From Auanema rhodensis (lineage: Eukaryota; Animalia; Nematoda): a stretch of DNA of 64,000 nucleotides. The stretch is taken from the NCBI GenBank assembly GCA_964057225.1, contig OZ059899.1, positions 11,780,001-11,844,000 of the forward strand. Reading direction: 5' to 3'. The notes beneath the pieces were generated by a model. It made no database searches and had not been told where the DNA came from. It saw only the letters and a list, made by a program, of their open reading frames with translations. The position numbers and the translations under genes are program-made. Shown one piece after another: positions 54,975 through 64,000 of the stretch (positions are counted from its first letter, which is position 1; every line of letters begins with the position of its first letter).

Positions 54975-57108
54975 TTAACGTTCCGTGGTAGATACGGCAG
55001 AGCGATGATTACAAAAACGTGAATAAGCTCGTTGATAACTACCTACGGTTTTCGAACTACACACCCAAACCGCACAGGTTATACCAACTACGAGTTGTGT
55101 GAAATACCTAAAACAAGAGCTTTAATAACAAATTAAATCATTCATGTAACTTACTTTAAGAAAAATATGAGAATTTCAGGTGGTCGAGTATCATTTCTAG
55201 GAAGGCAAGCGGAAAGTGGAGTATTGAAACCAAAAACATGCCTGTCGCCACGAAGGCATCTATGAGTATACCATCCTAAAACCATATAAAATTTAATTTA
55301 CCGATTCAATACTCATCATTACCTTCAATCCATACAGGCATTTGTACAGCTTGGTAAAATAAGATTGCGGCGCTAATGGCAGTAGGCATAGCATACATAA
55401 CAGCAAATGCGGAAACTCTGAATCAAAATAAATAAAATAAACAAACAATTGAGTAAACGAACCTAAGCATTAACTTTTCAAGTTTACTAATATTACAGTC
55501 AATATCGGAGTGTTGCAACTTGATGTATCTACGAATACGAAGCATTGACCAAACTCCGCAGACGAGTAAGATAAGTCCAAGAGCTTAAAATAACAAAATA
55601 ACAAAATGAATATCTACTAGTTGTACATACCTATGCAAAAAGCCATTGGAACAAACACAAAATATAACAAAGCGTTTGGTTCAAGATTACCTACAGAACA
55701 TGTTCCTGTAAATAAATAGAATTAGTTAGTTAAGCAATAAAATTTTTAAAAAAACCTGTGAACACATCCCCATCTATAGAGTTTGTAACTAATACAGCTA
55801 CCGACAACAATGCTGGAATTCCCCAACAAAGAGCGTGAAACATCGTTGATAAACTATCAATAGATTCAGCTCCCCACTTCAGGTTTGCAGCCAAAAACCA
55901 TGCCAAGCACATAACAACCCACCTAAAGAATACAAATAATTTATGCTTTAATATAGTTCAAACCATGCACTGCTAGCCATTGTGAAGTAATAATGAAGAA
56001 CCGCTAATCCACTGCAAGGAACCTTTTCGCCTCCTTGGGTTACCAATGAATTCTTAGAATCTCCATATAATCCACAAGCATACTTATCTTCACCCAAAAC
56101 ACCTACAACCAGAAGTAATTAAAAGTATGAGCCAAAGTGAAACTCTACCTATCATGTACACAATAGATATCATTAAATAGCAAAGAGCCATGTACAGAAT
56201 TGGCCTAACGGGATATTGAAACCGAGACATATCAATAAGGAAAGTTAGGATAGTAAAGACACAACAGACAGCGCATGCTACTGACCATCCGCCAGTCCAA
56301 AACCGTAGAAATCGACGAATGCGGGAATCAAATAACATAGGATACTTAATACAAAACATTTTAAAAAATCGCATAACAGTGAACTAACCTGATTATCAGC
56401 ATCACATGGCAGACTGCAGCTTTCTAATCGGCCAGATGCTAACAATAAACTAAAGTGACCACCTAGAGAAGCTTTCATTGATGATGGGCATTCTAATGAT
56501 CTACTGGAAGAACTGAAAAGAGAAAAATGAATAAAGTCAACCATTAATATCCTACTGTTTCGGTAAAGTTGTGGAAGATGTTCTATTCTCTCCGACACAG
56601 ATTCCATCAGCGGGGAACCTGTCACATTCTAACTGTTCGGGCCATCGAAAGCCGAACTTTAACATTAGACTTTCGCAGCCGTTTTTCGCCGAGAGACATA
56701 AATCTCTACAAGGCTGAATGGGCTTCTCTAGTACAGTACAAACTGGGGCGTATCTAAACAAGAACATAAACTAAACAAACATTGATATATAGAAACATAC
56801 ACTGTGCATAAAAAAAGTTTGATATCTTCTGAGCATTTAACTTTAACAAGAGCATTAAACTGACTAATAGCATTTCCGGCTTCTTCCTGAGATTGATGAT
56901 TGAGCAAATTAGGATATACAGTCATATTATAGGCTATATCTGAGCACATAGGAATACTTATAGGTACACAGTTTCTCCCTGCGGTGCCGATAGGCTAAAC
57001 AAAATAAATTTTAGGAAGCTTGAAAAACTTTTTTTTTACCTGCTGATAAACCTGCCCATTAATGTAATTTAAAAGTGAAAAAAAATGTATGAATTTTAAC
57101 AACCCCAT
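54975..57108 (-). CDS. mom-5: Frizzled Wnt receptor
   Basis: CRD ([30 protein letters not shown]|[27 protein letters not shown]), 7TM region ([33 protein letters not shown]) and the C-terminal [12 protein letters not shown] typical of MOM-5. Convergent with tsp-7. Confidence 0.9.
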
Positions 57109-57359
57109 ATTCCGCTTATCTTATTCGTTTATTGCATTGCCACTCAAATCTATAATAAAAAATCAAATATTGAATATTCAAAAACGCAAATTAACGCTTA
57201 ATATTATTAAAAAACAAACATTAACTTAGTAAGAACTAATAAAAACAACAAAAGAACATAAAAATCTTAATGGGTCCATTAAAAGTCATCATAAATCAAT
57301 CTAATGGGAGATACAACATCCATACCCCCGCTTAAAAAGCTACCGTAATCAAACAATCG

Positions 57360-57369
57360 TGGCGGGAAA
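57360..57369 (+). promoter_or_regulatory. Candidate E2F site in the divergent mom-5/CoA synthase promoter
   Basis: TGGCGGGAAA between two head-to-head genes. Motif match only. Confidence 0.4.
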
Positions 57370-57743
57370 GAAATAGAAATTTTTAAATAAAAAAGCTAGT
57401 GTATCATATGTTTCTGGCATTTCATGAATAATTATGAGCTAATTTATGTAGTTTAGAATAAACTAGAAGATTGGAAAATATAAAACAATGTTAATCAATT
57501 AATAAAATGATTAATGAAAAGGCGTAGTTGGGAAATAAAGGGATTAGTAAATAATTCTTGTTTTGCTTGGTTCTGTTGCTTATCTTTTCTATCTGCTTTC
57601 TTCATCTTCTATACATTCTTCCTTGTTAGTAGTAGTGATTGTGTTATTGATCTTCAGGCCGGTTAAGTTAACTTATCTGTATTTTCTTCTTCATAATTTC
57701 GGTTGGTATTTTACTAATCCGTTAAAAGGATTCTATAGATATC

Positions 57744-59563
57744 ATGGTTGATGTTGGCTTACTTGTTCTTTCTGCAAGGAATATATCGAGACTTGTCACA
57801 CTACTCACTAATGCAAGGAATTCTGTTAAGTCCAAGTTGTATGTAAGGTACGGCTCAACTTTCATCTTCACTTCTGAGTTCTCTCCCTATTTTGAATCTT
57901 GGTTATAACTTTGTGGCGTTCTTTCTACATTCTATGGTTATGATCACTTCAGAGTACAAGGTCCGTGTTTACACACTGTGTTACCTTCCATATACTTGCA
58001 ATCGTCTCAAGTATGCCCTGAGTTGGATGTAAGAGTTCTATTGGGCAAGAAAGTGCCAGAAAACGCTTGTCTTATTGGGGAAGAAGAGCCATCAGATTAT
58101 GATGTCCCAAAACCTTTATATAGAAAAGTTATTGTTTTCATTCTCTATAAATATAATTCTCACCTACTTAGGTAGTAATCGGTGGAACATTTGATCGTTT
58201 GCACAATGGACATAAAGTTCTACTTTCAAAAGCTGCACTCCTTGCAAGTGAGAGTATTACATGTGGGGTAACTTATAAGTCAATGATCATAAGTTGGATG
58301 AACATTTAAATATTTCTATGTATACCATTGTTCTAGAGAAACAATTATTTGAGCTAATTGAACCAATTGAAACAAGAATGTCTGCTGTCCGAGATTTTGT
58401 TTCGGATGTATCTGATAATGTCGTTTGTCTTCCTGAACCAATCATTGATCCATTTGGACCCTCCATTATTATTCCTGATTTAGAAGCTATCATAGTTAGT
58501 AAGGAGACAGTTAAAGGAGGTGAAGCTGTAAATAAGAAGCGTCAGGTGGATAAACTAATTATAAATTTAATAATTATAAAGTTTTCTTTAAGGAAAAGGG
58601 GCTTAGTTACTTAGAGAATGTTGTTATTGATTTGCTGGAAGCTAATGACCACGTGTTGAACGAAACAAAAATAAGTTCTTCAAGTCGTAGAAGGTTTATT
58701 TCACATGTTGAATATTATTCAAAGAATTGTTTTAGAGAAGCACTGGGAACTTTACTAAAAACTCCTAATGTTCAAAAAAATAAAAGACGATCGTATATTA
58801 TCGGTTTAACGGGTGGTATTGCTTCCGGAAAGTCTAATATCGCTAAATATTTACAAAAGGAAGATGGATTTGAGGTCTTTCCCAACCAAAGTTATATTCA
58901 CAACATTCTCTTTCAGTCAATAGATTGTGATAAACTAGCTCATTCGTGCTACGCCAAAGGAACTGAATTAGTTCAACTTATTGAAAAGCATTTCGAAGGT
59001 GTTGTAAAAGACGAAGAAATTGATCGTAGAGCTTTAGGAAGAATAGTTTTTACTGACAAGGTTTTATTCTTCTAATTTACATCTTGTTCACTTGATTTTT
59101 TTAAGGAAAAGCTTAAACTTTTGAGCAGCTTAATTTGGCCAATTGTGAAAAAGAAAATTGATGTGATTATTGAACAGTCAACAAGCAAATATATAGGTTC
59201 AATATTGAGTTATAATATTGTTATAATAGGGTAGAAATTATAGTAATAGAAGCTGCTGCTATTGTTGAAGCAGGTTGGGATGAATTCATGGATGAATTGT
59301 GGACTGTCTTTGTTCCACCCGAGGAAGAGGTTCAACGTGTTATTGCAAGAGATGGAATCACCAAAGAAGAAGTTTATCTTGATTTTATTTGAAATTTATA
59401 ATTGATTGTCTTTCAGGCTCAAAACAGAGTTGACAGTCAAATTTCTAATACAGATCGTTTATCGAAGAGTCATGTTGCTTTTTGTTCGTTGTGGGCTTTT
59501 GAAGAAACAGAAAAGCAAGTTCGTCAAGCTGTGCAAGCTTTACGAATTAGAACTTCACAATAA
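57744..59563 (+). CDS. Bifunctional CoA synthase (PPAT + dephospho-CoA kinase)
   Basis: [12 protein letters not shown] (HxGH), [28 protein letters not shown], the P-loop [32 protein letters not shown] and [10 protein letters not shown]. Confidence 0.93.
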
Positions 59564-59637
59564 TAATATAATTGTCATAATTGCATAAATATTTACTTAC
59601 AAAAATGAAGACTGCCAATTTAAAAAAAAAACAAAAG

Positions 59638-61318
59638 TTATTCCGTTTCTGCAGTTCCTTCCAACAATTTGTTCCAATGAGCCATTCGTTTTTCACGAGC
59701 TTCATCAGATTCTTCAACTTTGTATTTAGTTTTACCATCCCATAGTGAAGCTTCAACACTAAAATCAAATATTGTAATCAAAAAATAATACAAAAGATAC
59801 ATTTTTCCTCGTATAACTCTTCCACCAAGCATTTGAACAGCCAAATCGGAATGCTCAGTTGTTTCAAACGCTACGGAAACAACTCCTTCAGGATTATTCT
59901 GAAAATAAAATAAAATAAAACATAATTTCAAAATAAATTACGTCATAAACAACAACTTTCTTTACAGTTCCGTATTTGGAACAAAGTTCATTGAACTCTT
60001 CTTTCAAATCAAGAAGTAATGCCGCATTAGCCTAAACAGCTTTAGAAATAACATATTCTAATTAAGATCTGAACCAGCATTTCATCCAAAGTGAAGACAT
60101 TCTTGAAAATAACAGTACAATCAGACTTAGGTCGATAATTTCTTGGCTTCTCAGGCTTCCATTCGAACAGCCTGAAAACATTAAGATTTCATGATTTAAG
60201 TAGAATTGCTTACCGTTTTTGTCGTTCCATATAAATTTTTTTTTGCGTAGCGGTCATCTTTTTTCGTTTTTTTGACGGATCATATTCTCCTTTAATTTCA
60301 AAATGAGCTTTTTCAACTTTAACTTCATGCCCATTCAGTTGAGCACCATCCAAGATATTCAACGCAAGTTCTACTGATTCCTTCAACGTAAAAAATGTAA
60401 TGATTTGAGGAAGAAGATAATTTACTCTTCTAATGTAGCAACATCGTCCATCACCCTTCAGATTTCCTTCTTCATCTTTATACAGCTTTGCTTTTGGTTT
60501 ACCATTTCTTGCATCAGGTTGAACAACTCCACATTTGCTTACAAAAGCCTAAGAAGCAGGTACAAAACTTAGAAAACGCTTTACCACAAATTCTTCTTCG
60601 GTGAGATCAGTAGGCAAATTACTAACATAAATGGCATTAACTTTTTCGTCCATATCAATCCAGCCTTGAACATATTAAGCATTTTTCTAAATACAAAACT
60701 GACTACCTTCTGGTCTGGGTTCTACATGTCCGCGCTTGCCTTTCTTAGGTTCTGGCTTGGCAGGTTCACCATCTTTTCGTTCTTCATTCATTTTCTCTAA
60801 AATATTTAAAATCATACACGAAAATATATTGTGCTTGCCGTAATCATATTCCACACCATAATTGGCTTGATACTGAGCAATGAAGTCTTCATCCACTTCT
60901 TGCTCCTTTTCCCATTGTTGGGTTTGAGAATTCCATTTCATACGTACACCGTCAACTACCTATACAATAACATAACAACTTCAAAAAATGCTTGATTGAT
61001 ACAGATATTTCTGATGCTTCTTGCTCAAGCCAAAGCTGTTGCACAAATTCCAGATCATCCTCAGAGAGAGGTGACCATTCATCATGAAGATGTTGCATAA
61101 ATTGTCCAGTTGATTTATATCGTCCATACCATTTTTCATTTAAATATCGAGTTTCAAAATCTGTAGATTGCTTATTCAGAATTTTATAATATTTCTCACG
61201 TATCACCTGAAGCAGTTGCAGGGCAGGCATTTTTTGATTGTTCTGCAGTTTCTTGTGAGACTTGCTCGTTTGTCTCAGGAACAGACTCAGTAGATATCTC
61301 ATCTACTGGTTCTGACAT
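59638..61318 (-). CDS. Tat-SF1/HTATSF1 (Cus2) splicing and elongation factor with two RRMs
   Basis: VDEDFIAQYQANYG, NAIYVSNLPTDLT, KLYKDEEGNLKGDGRCCYI, VKVEKAHFEIKGEYDPSKK, TVIFKNVF, and NPEGVVSVAF...SLWDGKTKYKVEES. Confidence 0.9.
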
Positions 61319-62255
61319 TATCAAAAAGTTCTGCAAGAATGTGGTCAGATAAGCGGATTTTTATTAAGTTATGAAGAAAACGTAACAGACTATTCAAATA
61401 TTTTTCTCACACATACGCAATCTCTCGTGAAGTATTGGCACTTAAAATTTGAATTGAAAATTTCTAGCATTAACCGCGTCTGCGCGATTTTGAAATATTT
61501 CACTATTTGGTGATTGAACGATCTAATTGAATTCCGAAGATCTTAGTGTTTGAAGGGGTTTTGTTTCTTCGAAGCCATTTCAAAAATTTAGGTATTCAAA
61601 GCGGTTATATTCTCAATTACGAGTGGTTGCATTGTTAAACAATTAATGAAAATTCTAGGCCGCTGTTGAGAAAAAACTTAATATTTAGTTTTTATATATC
61701 TTGTTTCACTAACATAACGCGAGTGTTTACGAAAATGAAAAAAAACTAAAAACCGAAATAAAAAAATTAAAGAGATTGGGCAATTCAGGTGATTAAAGAT
61801 TGTTGTTTTTAACTACTAGTGATTTCATTCACGCAGTATTGAAAACAAGTTCTTTGACGTTGAGATTACATTAGATTTTAGATTTCTAATCAACTGGAAT
61901 CTTCATTTTAATAATACCAGACATAAGAATCAGTTTAATATAGTTTTTAAAACGAGATGGCAAATCTGAAAATAGACTTAACCGGGAAATAATCCTATTT
62001 CGTCATGCTGTATTCTTTTCAGTTTCTACGAAAAGTTTATTAGTGAATAACAAATCTAACTATCCATGTACTATTTCAAAGGCATCGACTTACTTTTCAT
62101 TTAATTATTGTAGTGGTTAGTTGAAGGTCAATTTTAAACTGAAAACTCCAACTACCAAGTTCCAAATGAGTTTAAGTTTCAGTAATGTGCTAATAACATT
62201 GCGGAACTTACTATATAAGATGTGGCAGTTTTTGATCTGAATCAGTTGCTCAGCA

Positions 62256-63271
62256 ATGGGTGTCAAAACACTAATTTCTGTTACTGCTTCCGTAACAGCA
62301 ATCACTACTGTTTTCTGCCTATTCACCGTTGGGCAAATTTTCTTCGAAATAAACAATTTCTATGATGATGCCCTCAAGGAGCTTGATAACTTCAAGGTAA
62401 TAATGTTTCTGTTCTTTTCTTACCTGAAGTGTATTGGTTCAGGATGTTGCCAACTCCGCTTGGCACGAAATGAAGCCAGCATCTTATGCTCGTGAACGTC
62501 GATCCGCATATGCCCAAAAGAGACAAGTTGTTATTCCTGGACTTTTCCCAGGGGTACTCCCAGGTGGTGGAACTTGCCAATGCGCTGCTCAAGCTAATAA
62601 CTGCCCAGCTGGACCACCAGGACCAACAGGACAACCAGGACTGGTAAGGATAACGATAATATGCATAAGTATAACGTCAATTTTAGCCTGGAGATAGAGG
62701 ACTCGATGGTCTCCCTGGTAAAAATGGAATTCCAGGTATTGCTCAAGTTCCTGGAATTCCTCAAGGAGAATGCATCACTTGCCCAATGGGTCCAGAAGGA
62801 CCTCGTGGTCCAGATGGACCTTTAGGACCTCCAGGACCAGACGGATTCCCAGGAGTTCCAGGAAACGGACCAGGAGGAATTGGCGAGCCAGGACCACCAG
62901 GATTACCAGGAGACCAAGGATTCGATGGTACCCCAGGAATGAATGGACTCCCTGGTACCCCAGGAAAGCCAGGAATTCGTGTTCGCGGAGCTCCTGGACC
63001 ACCAGGACCAATTGGACCAATCGGACCACGAGGATCAAATGGAAGTAATGGAGAAAATGCCGGACCAGGATCACCAGGAGCTCCCGGAGCCCCAGGACAA
63101 TCAGGACACAACGGTACTCCAGGACTTCCAGGAATACCAGGAAATCCAGGAATACCTGGTGCTCCAGGAGCAGATGCTGCTTATTGTCCTTGCCCACATC
63201 GTTCTAGCAATATGTTCGGAGCCAAAGTTCGTGCTGTGAAGAGAAAGGTCGTCAGACGTTTCAAGCAATAA
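62256..63271 (+). CDS. Nematode cuticle collagen
   Basis: N-terminal Col_cuticle_N region, RERR cleavage site, CQC...CPAGPPGP, Gly-X-Y blocks and the C-terminal DAAYCPCP; two short introns. Confidence 0.96.
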
Positions 63272-64000
63272 TTCTCCCGCGTCTTTGTTTGTATCAGTTT
63301 TGTGGTGAAATAAATATTTTGGCACAATACTATGAATTGGAGTTTATTCTTAATTTTACAGGCAATTTGTAATAATAATTTTGAAATCATAGATTTAGTT
63401 GTCGAACTCAATATCTCGTTCCGTTGACATGGATAAAGCTGCTGAATTGTATTCTTCTTCAGTAGATGAGTGCTAAAATAATAAAAACTACGAGGAACTA
63501 TAATTCGAATAATACTTTTTTTGATTTGCGATGGGATTTTCGTCGTGATTTATTCAAAATAGATTGTGATAGTTTTATGATACGAACAGTTGGAGCAGTC
63601 TTAGGCAAATCAAATTGTCGAATTTGAAGGCGTTGTCTGAAGAGAGAGAAAGGGAGAAAAAAAGAAGATAAGGGAAATAGATGGAACCTACGATGTACTA
63701 GCTGGATCGTTTTTTTGAGCACGAATTGGTAGGAAAAAGTGAATGGAGAGAAGGAGCAGAAACATCAAGTATACTTCTCTCATTGTGTATTGCTACTAAG
63801 ATCGCTAATAATCTTTAGTTTGGAAAGGAAGAACAACCGACAACCGGCTAAGAACGGGCTTTTTCTATCTAAAGAAAGGGTGGTGTTTTCAAATAAATTC
63901 TTGAATACCAAACCCAATCATACACACACATACACACACCGGGACAGGAGAACTTTACATCTATATTACAAACGTCATTGATGAAAAAGGAGTGAAAGCA

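Noticed and set aside
55030-55060. Frizzled tail reads KTVGSY rather than the canonical KTxxxW
   Set aside because: As I recall, C. elegans MOM-5 has the same Tyr variant, so it supports orthology and is not novel.
62761-63325. Overlapping antisense and alternate-frame ORFs in the collagen gene (similarly in icd-2 and wwp-1)
   Set aside because: Expected shadows of biased codon usage in real coding sequence.

Overview
This is AT-rich eukaryotic DNA from a rhabditid nematode: short 40-60 nt GT-AG introns, TTTCAG acceptors, (GA)n tracts and a cuticle collagen. It holds about 14 intact spliced genes: cfi-1 (ARID3), an FLVCR-type MFS transporter, ncbp-1 (CBP80), a class A GPCR, a tiny secreted Cys-rich peptide, icd-2 (NAC alpha), wwp-1, psf-3, an Srh/Str-type chemoreceptor, tsp-7, mom-5 (Frizzled), CoA synthase, a Tat-SF1 homolog and a collagen. 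The notable accessory block is 43.4-52.2 kb. There, 168-bp direct repeats enclose 818-bp near-perfect inverted repeats made of duplicated chemoreceptor promoter and exons. These in turn enclose a scrambled 4.5-kb mosaic of Maverick/Polinton fragments (pPolB, integrase, two different protease-like N-termini, a PX-like motif) and an intron-containing, disabled ubiquitin-like/atypical kinase gene that may be Maverick cargo. The second highlight is a two-exon gene for a signal peptide plus a ~19-aa, probably amidated peptide with alpha-conotoxin-like CC-X4-C-X3-C spacing. Gene names come from recognised sequence similarity to C. elegans proteins; no database search was run, and exon boundaries were read by eye.
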